From the NCBI GenBank assembly GCA_964016885.1, contig OZ024741.1, forward strand, positions 354,268,001 through 354,332,000: a stretch of DNA of 64,000 bases. Direction: 5' to 3'. The notes under the pieces were generated by a model, which saw only the letters and a program-made list of their open reading frames with translations, had not been told where the DNA came from and did no database searches. The first letter of the stretch is position 1; each line of letters begins with the position of its first letter. Shown one piece after another: positions 1 to 10,700 of this stretch. A program made the translations under genes and the position numbers. The stretch comes from Eledone cirrhosa (taxonomy: Eukaryota).

Positions 1-598
1 CTTGAGGCAAGATTGGTTGTCCTGCTCGTATAGGACTGTCTGGCGGGTTTTCTACGGCTGGATGCCCTTCCTAACACCAACCACGTTTACAGTGTGTACT
101 GGGAGGTTTTTACTGTGTTACCTACATGGCCACATTACAGCGTGGACTGTGTTTTTTTGTCGTGACACCTACACGACCTCATTTGTTTCGGACTCGATGT
201 TGTGGTACCAACATAACTTCACATTTAAGGGGGTGGTGTGGATGGGGTGGGGAGTGTATTTTGTTAGAGGTGCCTACTGACTGTAGGTTTCGCTTTGTAC
301 TTAGGCAAGGCGGGTCTTCTGTATAACTGTGTAGCACCAAAGATCTCGGTCCAATGACATTGTCTTGGAGAGGTGTAAGTGTGTGAGGTCGGAATTTATC
401 AAGTCGTCCCAGGTTTTTCTGGGTCTGCCTACTCCGTGGCTACCGTCTATTTTTATCACCCTGCACTTCTTTATACAGCTGTCGTCTTTCATGCGCATCA
501 CGTGACCGTACCAACATAGTCTTCTCTCGAGTAAACAACATCTGATCCTCTTATTCCTAATTTCTCCCTTAGTTCGTTTATGCTTTGCCGTTCACACA
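1..598 (-). mobile_element. 5'-truncated RTE-clade LINE (ORF C-terminus plus 3' UTR)
   Basis: Minus frame RRLCWYGHVMRMKDDSCIKKC..GRPRKTW; 3' UTR with the GGATGCCCTTCCTAACACCAACC segment shared with other copies. Confidence 0.85.
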
Positions 599-599
599 C

Positions 600-1360
600 A
601 CATATATATATATGTAGTGTGTAACGTTTTTCAAAATATTTACTTCTGCGTTCACAGATTGATTTTTTTAGTTTCAGAAGATCCCGTTAAGGGTGAAAGC
701 AGCGTTTCTTTGCTTAAAATTTAATCTGTTATATTAATATATATATATATATAATTATATATTCGTGTACAGATATTTTTGCATACATAAAAACAAAATA
801 TAAACAAACGTATTTATTTCATGAAGGCACAAAATGTAGACACAATCCCGAGGCCGAGGTATTCCATTCTTCTCTCTACTGTTCCGCCCTTATAATATCT
901 GTCTGTACGTCTGGCTGTCTGCATTATGACGCTATATGTGTGTGTGAGTATATATGTATATATATATAGTGCGTGACGTTTTTCAAAATATTTACTTCTG
1001 CGTTCAAAGATTGATTTTTTCAGTTTCAGAAGATCCCGTTAAGGGTGAAAGCAGCGATTCTTTGCTTCAACTTTAATCTGTCATTTTAATATATATATAA
1101 TTATATATTTGCGTACAGATATTTGTGCATACACTAACAAAATATAAACAAAAGTATTTATTTTGCAATAATGTATTAATTTTCTTCGCATTGAAAAAAA
1201 AAACCCTGGTAATCTATGACAAATTTTTTTTATAAGTACAAAATGTAGACACCATCCCAAGACCGAGGTATTCCATACTTCTCTGTACTGTTTCAGAAAG
1301 GAGGGATAAACATGCCAATCTATGTTTAGAATCCCGAGCAACGCCGGGCCATTCTGCTAG
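600..1360 (+). mobile_element. Non-autonomous Helitron, array unit A (5' part absent, abuts an RTE insertion)
   Basis: Ends CCCGAGCAACGCCGGG hairpin + CCATTCTG + CTAG (1357-1360); same internal modules as units B and C. Confidence 0.75.
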
Positions 1361-2437
1361 TGTATATATCTAAAACAGAGAATGTCTGCCTGTCTGTCTG
1401 ACTCCCTAAAACTCGAGAACCACCCAACCGATTGTTTTCAAACTTTACACGTGATACTTATGGTCCTGTGAGTGTTTTGAGCAAAATATATTTCCAATTG
1501 TCAATGCCCTAGGGACCGCATTAGGCGCCGGAACGTCGCGCCCTTATAATATCTGTCTGTCTGTATGGCTGTCTGCTTTACAACATTATGAAGTGTGGTG
1601 TGTGTGGTGTGTGTGTGTATATATTCTCTTTGCTGACGTATTATGTTCGCTATTTTCTGTTCATTGCCAGGGAACGTCTTCACAAACCAAAGTATCATCT
1701 TCCTGTTTTCTTTTGGTTGCAAGGTTTTTCGAAATATTTACTTCTGAGTTCACAGATGGATTTTTTTAGTTTCAGAAGATCCCGTTAAAGGTGAAAGCAG
1801 CGATTCTTTGCTTAAACTTTAATCTTATTTTCGAAATATTTACTTCTGCATACACAAAAACAAAATATAAACAAACGTATTTATTTCACGAAAGCACAAA
1901 ATGTAGACACCATCCAGAGGCCGAGGTATTCCATTCTTCTCTCTACTGTTTCGCCCTTATAATATCTGTCTGTACGTCTGGCTGTCTGCATTACGACATT
2001 ATGACGCTATATATGTGTGTGTGTATATATGTATATATATATATATAGTGCGTAACGTTTTTCAAAATATTTACTTCTGCGTTCAAAGATTGATTTTTTC
2101 AGTTTCAGAAGATCCCGTTCAGAGTGAAAGCAGCGATTCTTTGCTTAAACTTTAATCTGTTATTTTAATATATATATAATTATATATTTGCGTAAGGATA
2201 TTTGTGCATACACGAACAAAATATAAACAAAAGTATTTATTTTGCAATAATGTATTAATTTTCTTCGCATTGAAAAAAAACCTGGTAATCTATGACAAAT
2301 TTTTTTTTATAAGCAAAAAATGTAGACACCATCCCAAGACCGAGGTATTCCATACTTCTCTGTACTGTTTCAGAAAGGAGGGATAAACATGCCAATCTAT
2401 GTTTAGAATCCCAAGCAACGTCGGGCCATTCTGCTAG
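1361..2437 (+). mobile_element. Non-autonomous Helitron, array unit B (1077 bp)
   Basis: 5' TGTATATATCTAAAACAGAG (TC in the other units), (CTGT)n near the 5' end, AACCGATT motif, 3' hairpin + CTAG at 2434-2437. Confidence 0.8.
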
Positions 2438-3129
2438 TCTATATATCTAAAACAGAGAATGTCTGCCTGTCTGTCTGACTCCCTAAAACTCGAGAACCAC
2501 CCAACCGATTGTTTTCAAACTTTACACGTGATACTTATGGTCCTGTGAGTGTTTTGAGCAAAATATATTTCCAATTGTCAATGCCCTTGGGACCGCATTA
2601 GGCGCCGGAACGTCGCACCCTTATAATATCTGTCTGTCTGTATGTATGGCTGTCTGCTTTACGACATTATGAATTCATGTGCGTGCGTGTGCGTATATAT
2701 ATATATATATATATTCTCTTTGCTGACGTATTATGTTCCCTATTTTCCGTTCATTGCCAGGGAACGTCTTCACAAACCAAAGTATCATCTTCCTGTTTTC
2801 TTTTGGTTGCAACGTTTTTCGAAATATTTACTTCTGAGTTCACAGATTGATTTTTTTTAGTTTCAGAAGATCCTGTTAAGGGTGAAAGCAGCGATTCTTT
2901 GCTTAAACTTTAATCTGTTATTTTAATATATATATAATTATATATTCATGTACAGATATTTTTGCATACACAATAACAAAATATAAACAAAAGTATATAT
3001 TTCACGAAAGCCCAAAATGTAGACCATCCCGAGGCCAAGGTATTCCGTACTTCTCTGTACTGTTTCGCCCTTATAATATCTGTCTGTATGTCTGCATTAC
3101 AACAGTATGACGCTGTGCGTGTGCGTGCG

Positions 3130-3160
<31 letters not shown>

Positions 3161-3546
3161 TGTAACATTTTTCGAAATATTTACTTCTGCGTTCGCAGAT
3201 TGATTTTTTTAGTTTCAGAAGATCCTGTTAAGGGTGAAAGCAGCGATTCTTTGCTTAAACTTTAATCTCTTATTTTAATATATATATAATTATATATTCA
3301 TGTACAGATATTTTTGCATACACAATAACAAAATATAAACAAAAGTATTTATTTTGCGATAAAGTATTGATTTTCTTTGCACGGAAAAAAAAAGCTGGTA
3401 ATCTACGACAAATTTTTTTAAGCACAAAATGTGGACACCATCTCGAGGCTGGCGTATTCCGTACTTCTCTGTACTGTTTCAGAAAGGAGGGATAAACATG
3501 CCAATCTATGTTTAGAATCCCGAGCAACGTCGGGCCATTCTGCTAG
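2438..3546 (+). mobile_element. Non-autonomous Helitron, array unit C (1109 bp)
   Basis: Begins TCTATATATCTAAAAC immediately after the CTAG of unit B; ends CCCGAGCAACGTCGGG...CTAG at 3543-3546. Confidence 0.8.
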
Positions 3547-3789
3547 TCTATATATCTAAAACAGAATGTCTGTGTCTGACTCCCTAAAACTCAAGAACTA
3601 CCTAACCAATTGTTTTCAAACTTTACACATGTAATACTTATGCTTCTGTGAGTGTTTTGAGCAAAAAATATTTCCAATTGGCAATGCCCTAGGGAGCGCA
3701 TTAGGCGATTTAGCAAGCTCTCTCTCTCTCTATAATCCTTAGTCTTTCTTTTTAGATAGATACATAGATATAATGTTGCGCCGTTATAA

Positions 3790-4793
3790 TATCTGTATGT
3801 CTGTCTGTCTATCTGCATTAAGACGGTCTGTATGTCTGTCTATCTGCATTAAGACGGTCTGTATGTCTGTCTGTCTATCTGCATTAAGACGGTCTGTATG
3901 TGTCTGTCTATCTGCATTAAGACGGTCTGTATGTCTGTCTGTCTATCTGCATTAAGACGGTCTGTATGTCTGTCTGTCTATCTGCATTAAGACGGTCTGT
4001 ATGTCTGTCTATCTGCATTAAGACAGTCTGTATGTCTGTCTGTCTATCTGCATTAAGACGGTCTGTATGTCTGTCTATCTGCATTAAGACGGTCTGTATG
4101 TCTGTCTGTCTATCTGCATTAAGACGGTCTGTATGTCTGTCTATCTGCATTAAGACAGTCTGTATGTCTGTCTGTCTATCTGCATTAAGACGGTCTGTAT
4201 GTCTGTCTATCTGCATTAAGACGGTCTGTATGTCTGTCTGTCTATCTGCATTAAGACGGTCTGTATGTCTGTCTGTCTATCTGCATTAAGACGGTCTGTA
4301 TGTCTGTCTGTCTATCTGCATTAAGACGGTCTGTATGTCTGCCTATCTGCCTGCATTAAGACGGTCTGTATGTCTGTCTGTCTATCTGCATTAAGACGGT
4401 CTGTATGTCTGCCTGTCTGCCTGCATTAAGACGGTCTGTATGTCTGCCTATCTGCCTGCATTAAGACGGTCTGTATGTCTGTCTGTCTATCTGCATTAAG
4501 ACGGTCTGTATGTCTGCCTATCTGCCTGCATTAAGACGGTCTGTATGTCTGCCTATCTGCCTGCATTAAGACGGTCTGTATGTCTATCTGCCTATCTGCC
4601 TGCATTAAGACGGTCTGTATGTCTGCCTATCTGCCTGCATTAAGACGGTCTGTATGTCTATCTGCCTATCTGCCTGCATTAAGACGGTCTGTATGTCTAT
4701 CTGCCTATCTGCCTGCATTAAGACGGTCTGTCTGTCTGTCTGTCTGTCTGCCTGCATTAAGACGGTCTGCCTGCCTGCCTGCCTGCCTGTCTG
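3790..4793. repeat. Minisatellite, about 28 units of 31-39 bp (GTCTGTATGTCTGTCTGTCTATCTGCATTAAGACG)
   Basis: Directly visible tandem repeat; GCATTAAGAC recurs every 31/33/35/39 bp. Confidence 0.97.
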
Positions 4794-4967
4794 AGGATAG
4801 TAGACGTGTTTCGTATCGCTCTGTGATTTGGATTTTTACCTGCTATTTTTGTGAGTGGAATTTTTTGAATTCTTTTGTATAATTAACTCTAACCCCTAGT
4901 CTGGGACTCTAGACGTCGGGTAAATATATTTTCACCCCTTTTGGGGTGAAAAATAAATATTTCAAAA

Positions 4968-6725
4968 ATGTTTATCGATATCGTCGATAACGATATCGTC
5001 GAAAACGATATCGCCATATTGGAAGCGAACGCCACGCCGACCAAAAAAACAAGCGGGAAAGAGGGAACAACAGTTCAAACTGTTGAACAACCCCTCCTCT
5101 CCAATGAAAAAAAGAATTTCAATTCAAATGAAAAAATTAATTTTCAAGAAAAAAATAACACCACAAATAAGGAAACCAACAACATTACAACAACAAACAA
5201 AGACAAAATTTCTTTTGCCCAAACACTCAGGAGAGCCACGGAATACAAAGCCATTGACATCACGAACGCCAAGGAAAATTTGCTAGAGGCTAGAAAATAC
5301 GTATCTTTTGGGGAGGATGGTTCTTTTACGATCAACTCCCCAGAAGAAGTGCGTCAACAGATTTACAAGAATACCGTAAGCTTCAGAACCATAACCAACG
5401 AAACGAGAAAGCCAGCGCAATTGACCGAAAGTCAAATCGAGCTGGTTCTGAAAGAAATTAAAAATGATATACTCTTTATTCAAAGAGGAAAGCTGTATGC
5501 CAGCATTATGGTCCGAATGAAGGACGAAATGCTGGCTCAGAAATATTCGGTGGCACCTATAGTGTCACCGCAATACACCTTCTTCCCCACATATAAAGGA
5601 AGAAGAACACAAAGGATAAGAATGTGGAGCCCTACGCCAGAAATTAACATCTGGTCCGTCCTAACAGGATTTACCGACCTAGATAAGGACATACTAATTT
5701 CAGCAGGGGAGTCCACCAGTGGACTGTTCGGGGGGAAAAGTCTGGAGGTTCTCTTACAGATGACACCTGAGAGAATCTCCGGAATACCCGACCGAGTGCT
5801 ACTGGATGGGCGAACCTACATAAATATCACAGTGGAAGGCAGGAGACCCTCATGTTACCACTGCGCTGGCAGAGGTCACCTGAGGACGGCCTGCCCTCTA
5901 CTAACAACAAAAAAACCACTGCTACAAACACCACAACAACAACAAAAACAACCAGCACCACCATCACAAAAACAACAAAATACACTACCATCACCACCAG
6001 AACAACAAAAACCAACAACACCACCACCACCACCACCACCACCACAACAACAACATCAACAACAGCTCAAGAAAACAACCCAAAACACGGTCCCACCCAG
6101 CCCCACCCCACAGAACACAAATACAAAAACAGTTCATACACAACCCGGAGATATACCCCTCCCCTCCAATACGGAAGAGGAGCTCATATCGTCGGAAGAC
6201 GAGGGGGCTCCCTTCCAAAAAGTGAAAAGAAAAAAACGTACACACACCACAACAACAAAAATAACCCCACCTGACAACACAACACAGACAATAAAACGCA
6301 AACTCACTCAACAACAACAAGCAAAAACAAACACAACACAAAAACTCTACACATACATAAACAAAAACAATGAAAACCTAACTTTAAAAATAGAAACCAA
6401 CCCTTCGATACAAACCGAAGGGCCGAATTTCGTAACGGCAATGGGGCTCCCTAACCTGAAAATGGTGAAAATCCCACTTGACATTTTTAAAACTTTAAAA
6501 GACATGTACCCTGAGGACGTGGGCCCACCCTGCACCAGGCCACTCAACCGCGTCCTCCTGAAAGGTTTTCCCCTCCCCTCCTCAAACACCCACACAACTC
6601 CAAAGATCCCAACCCCTCCACACACCAATACCCCCACACCACCACAAACCACCACCCCACCCATCAACCCCGCCACCAGCCCCATGGAAACTGAGCGACC
6701 CGAACCCCGGGACGCAGAGAGGTAA
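4968..6725 (+). CDS. Tx1 ORF1 (gag-like nucleic-acid-binding protein)
   Basis: 585-aa open frame; CCHC knuckle CYHCAGRGHLRTAC preceded by VEGRRP; P/Q/T-rich low-complexity C-terminal half; basic FQKVKRKKR patch; lies directly upstream of ORF2. Confidence 0.9.
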   Translation: MFIDIVDNDIVENDIAILEANATPTKKTSGKEGTTVQTVEQPLLSNEKKNFNSNEKINFQEKNNTTNKETNNITTTNKDKISFAQTLRRATEYKAIDITNAKENLLEARKYVSFGEDGSFTINSPEEVRQQIYKNTVSFRTITNETRKPAQLTESQIELVLKEIKNDILFIQRGKLYASIMVRMKDEMLAQKYSVAPIVSPQYTFFPTYKGRRTQRIRMWSPTPEINIWSVLTGFTDLDKDILISAGESTSGLFGGKSLEVLLQMTPERISGIPDRVLLDGRTYINITVEGRRPSCYHCAGRGHLRTACPLLTTKKPLLQTPQQQQKQPAPPSQKQQNTLPSPPEQQKPTTPPPPPPPPQQQHQQQLKKTTQNTVPPSPTPQNTNTKTVHTQPGDIPLPSNTEEELISSEDEGAPFQKVKRKKRTHTTTTKITPPDNTTQTIKRKLTQQQQAKTNTTQKLYTYINKNNENLTLKIETNPSIQTEGPNFVTAMGLPNLKMVKIPLDIFKTLKDMYPEDVGPPCTRPLNRVLLKGFPLPSSNTHTTPKIPTPPHTNTPTPPQTTTPPINPATSPMETERPEPRDAER

Positions 6726-6748
6726 GTGCCTCTTTCTTTGCCACCAAC

Positions 6749-9700
6749 ATGGCTGTCTTAAGAGTGGGTTGTCTAAATGCGCGTGGCCTGGGCTCACCTT
6801 GGAAGCAAGCTAAACTTCTAAGTGACCTCAGGTCACAATGTGTAAATGTGATGGTTATTTGCGAGGCCCGGATCAGCAGCATGCGACAGCTAACCCCCAC
6901 CTTTGATGACTTTGAGATGCACGCATCTCTGTCAGCCCGGAGGTGGGGGTGGGGTTGTCGTTCTGCTGCAAAAACATCTGGGTCTCGCTACACAGACGGT
7001 ACACTTGGACCCGGAGGGTCGACTCGTGGTTCTGGACCTTGGCAATGGCGAAGGCGAAGCTTTTAGGCTTGTCGCCGTATACGCCCCTTTTGGGGCAATG
7101 CGGTCGGACTTCTTCCATCGTCTGGAGACTTTTCTAGGGACGTCCCGCTCCTTGCTTTTAGTGGGGGACTGGAATAGTATCCTAGATGCACGTTGGGACT
7201 ATGTAGGGGCATGTCCCGATAGAGGGGGGTGTAACAGCCTTAAGGGGTTAATCGGCCGATTCGACCTGGCCGATAGATACCGACTAGATTTTCCGACTGT
7301 ACCAACCTGGACCTGGTCAAATAACAGTGGTCAATCTAGATCGTACCTAGATAGGTTCTTAGTTAGAATTAAGGATAGGGACTTTTTAAGTTGTCCAGAA
7401 ATGCTCATGGTGGGCTATTCAGACCACAAGTTAGTGACCTGCGTAGTCCACCTTGATAGAACGCATAGGCAGGGGCCCGGTTACTGGAAGCTCAACTTGT
7501 CCTTACCGGCAAGTAGAGCTTACAGGGACCGGATTAGAACCTTAGTTAAGGAGCAGTTGACGGGCGCCATCGTCAACAACAGGTGGTGGGGCTCTCTAAA
7601 AAGAGAGATTAGAGTAGTTTCAATAGGAGTTAGTAAGGAGTTAGCCTCAGATAGAAATAGGAAGGAAAGGGAGTTGGTAGTTAATGTTGAAGAGGCAATG
7701 AGAAGCGGCAACGTGGCCAGAGTGCAAGCGTCGAGAACGGTCTTGAACCAGTTCTTCGACGCAAAACACGAAGGCTGTGTTGTCCGAAGCAAAATACGTG
7801 CTCTGGGAAACGAGGGGACCGAAGATGTTAGCTGGGCCCGCGTGACAGAAGCGAAAAGTGGGATTAAATCCACTATCCGGTCTTTGCGAGACCAGGATGG
7901 ACGGCTGATCCTTGAACCTAAGCAAATGTGCGAGGCCTTTCAAAGGCACTTTGCCCAATTGTTCGGGAGGGGCGGGGAGCCGGTTGGAGGTGTGGATTTC
8001 GGTCCATACCTCGACGGCCTGCCGCGTCTTTCGGACAGGGAGGCGAGGTCCTGCGACGGGCCGATCTCAGCTGCTGAAATAGGGGACGTGCTGAGCCTAT
8101 GCGGCAAACGCAAATCTCCAGGACTCGATGGTCTGCCCTACGAACTATATATTAATATGCCGGACTTGTTCCCCGATCTCCTCGAGGCGGTCTACTGCAA
8201 CTGGCAACAGAACGGGAGAATTCCCTGTTCTGTGACCAAGGGCGTAGTCTCGCTAGTGAGGAAGGACGAGAACAAGGGGGATGACATTAGTAATTTTAGG
8301 CCCATAACTCTGCTAAATGCAGAGTTAAAGATTTTGGCGAAGGTGTTAGCGAAGAGGTTGGCGCTTGTCGTGGGGGGCCTGGTGGGAGATGCGCAGACAT
8401 GCGCTATCCCGTCCAGGTCCATCCACGACAACCTCCACCTCATGCGATACATCATAGAGAGGGTTGGGAACAAACCCGGCTTTGGTGGGGCCCTGATAAA
8501 TTTAGATCAGTCTAAAGCGTTCGATAGGGTGGACCATGGTTACCTGGATGCGGTGCTAGCGGCGGCTGGGTTCGGACCCGTTTTCAGGGGCTGGATCACT
8601 GCCATGCACAGCAGCCGCATCTGCTCTAGAGTCAAGGTGAACGGCTACCTTTCGGAGCCGTTCGAAATCACCCGCTCCATCCGACAGGGGTGCCCTCTCT
8701 CCTCCCTTCTGTATGTGTTGACTCTCGAGCCATTACTGCGGAAGTTGGAGTTGTTGCAGGGCATCCCTTTGGAACCGGGATTGCGCAAAGCGGTGTCGGC
8801 CTACGCCGATGACGTAACAGTAATGGTGTCGACCGCCTCGGAAATCGAGGCAATCGGCACCTTACTAGAGGAGTACGAAAGGTTGACAGGGGCTAAGCTG
8901 AACCGGGACAAGTCAGTCGCTTTGCAACTCGGCGAGTGGAGGGGCAAAGCGATGTCGTGCGACGGTATCGGACGGTGGACGGAGGGCCCGGTGAAGTTGC
9001 TTGGGGTCTGGTTCGGACCGGACCTCCAGGTGGAGAAAAACTGGGGTGAGGTGACGAATAGGGTGTTTGCACTGACCCAGAAGTGGGCCGAGTGCAAACT
9101 ATCCCTAAAAGGTCGGGCGGAGGTGGCGAACGCTTACATAGCGTCCGTCATCTATTACTTGACTGTCGTGCCTTGCCCGGGTGAGATCCTCGCCAAAATG
9201 GAGCGCGCCCTCTTTTATTTCCTTTGGAAGAAGAGGTCTCCTCTAGTGAGGAGATCCATCTGCTGTCAACACCCTTTGAAAGGAGGGCTGGGGATGCCGT
9301 GGCTAAAAATGCGTAAACACGCATTGAGGCTAAGGCACCTCCACGTATTCCTCACCGGTCAACCGGTGTGGGCCCCGTTTGTGAGGCGAGCCTTCCCGAG
9401 GCTCGTCTCGCTCACCGAGCTGCAGTCCTGGGTGAAGCAAAGACCGAGAAAACTGGGCGACTGGCACACCGAGTGTGCCCAGGCGCTCACGGCTCTCTGG
9501 CAGGCGGACCCGGCTATCGACGGAGACTCCACCTCGTCATTCTATAGAGGGCTGGTGGTTAGCGGGTGCGACGACGCCCTCGGAGAAGCCCTAGGCATGG
9601 AGGAGGACGAACTGGCCAGTCTATTCGGTAGGACTTTCGGCCCGGGACCTATGGACAACTTCCAGAAGTCCTTGGCCTGGCAGTGCTACCGAGGGGCTCT

Positions 9701-10178
9701 GCCCGTTCGGGATAAGCTCTACAGACACGGGCGCCCGGGTAGGGACCCCTCGAAAAAGATCTGTCCCAGATGCGTGCGCGACGAGGAAACCGTCGCGCAC
9801 GCATTGGTGCACTGCCCGGGCGTTGCCGATCTGTGGGGCTATGTCGAACGACTGCTGTCACGGGTGGGACCAATTAGGTTGACCACCGAGTCCATTGTAA
9901 CGATCAAGCCGCCTCCCCCCTTCAAAAATGAAGGAGAGGCGGTCTTCCTCTGTGTAATAGCCATGGTAAAAGAGGCTATATGGTGGACGCGTCTGAAAGG
10001 GCTGAGGTCGGACACCTTTCTCTCCGGCCAACAACTGGTCCTTTTCTTCCGATACCATTTCGGAAGAAGGATCAGGATGGAGAGAGAGGTGCTCTACTCC
10101 AGCCAGTTTTATGAAAGGTGGGTGAAAGTTGCGAGAATGGCCCGTGTGAATGGGCCTTCTCTCTACCTCAGCCTGTAG
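6749..10178 (+). CDS. Tx1 ORF2 (AP endonuclease - reverse transcriptase - C-terminal zinc finger), one frameshift near 6925-6931
   Basis: The true start MAVLRVGCLNARGL...CEAR is in the 6749 frame; the rest (VYAP, GDWN, SYLDRF, SDH, GPGYWKLN, KSPGLDG, FRPITLLN, LDQSKAFDRVDH, RQGCPLS, YADD, CPRC..ETVAHALVHC) is in the 6903..10178 frame. Confidence 0.93.
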
Positions 10179-10700
10179 GTGGAACAGAAAGAAGGGAGCA
10201 CCCTCTCTTTGTGCTCCCGTGGAGAAGGGTCGCACACTTTTTTTCGGGGGTGTGTGTGACCCCAAAACGATCCCTCCCTATTGAGGACCTTCTTGTTATT
10301 ATTTTGTTTGTTATATTTTTCTTACTCGATTTTTATGTAAACTCCCCCCACCCATGTACATGTCCCTTTCTTTTGTGCCCTAGTGGCAAATAAACAGAAA
10401 TTTGTCTGTACATAGTGTAACGTTTTTCGAAATATTTACGTCTGCGTTCACAGATTGATTTTTTTAGTTTCAGAAGATCCCGTTAAGTGTAAAAGCAGCG
10501 ATTCTTTGCTGATACTTTAATTTGTTATTTTAATATATATATATATATATAATTATATATTCGTGTACAGATATTTTTGCATACACAATAACAAAATATA
10601 AACAAAAGTATTTATTTCACGAGGCTCGATAAGGATAAATATATATCAAATATATAAGAACCCTAGAGCAAATCCCGAGCAACGCCGGGCCAATCTGCTA

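Larger units (their letters stand above)
4794..10402 (+). mobile_element. Full-length Tx1-clade (L1 group) non-LTR retrotransposon
   Basis: ~175 nt 5' UTR, ORF1, 23-nt spacer, ORF2 (APE-RT-zinc finger), 3' UTR with AATAAA at 10389-10394 ending GAAATT; TGTCTG on both sides (4788-4793, 10403-10408) is a candidate TSD. Confidence 0.92.

Noticed and set aside
3790-4793. CRISPR-like array or repeat-protein ORFs (MSVCLSALRR.., MQIDRHTDRL..)
   Set aside because: No unique spacers, only variable TCTG/TCTA counts; eukaryotic context with no cas genes; the ORFs are by-products of the minisatellite.
6903-6930. ORF-track start of the 1091-aa ORF (MMTLRCTHL)
   Set aside because: Out-of-frame sequence upstream of the frameshift; the real start is the ATG at 6749.
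6722-6934. Intron from the ORF1-end donor to TCTCTGTCAG at the frameshift, rescuing an ORF1-ORF2 fusion
   Set aside because: The donor is phase 2 and the join gives AGC CCG GAG, not the ORF2 frame (CAG CCC GGA); it would also delete the catalytic Asn and Glu of the endonuclease.
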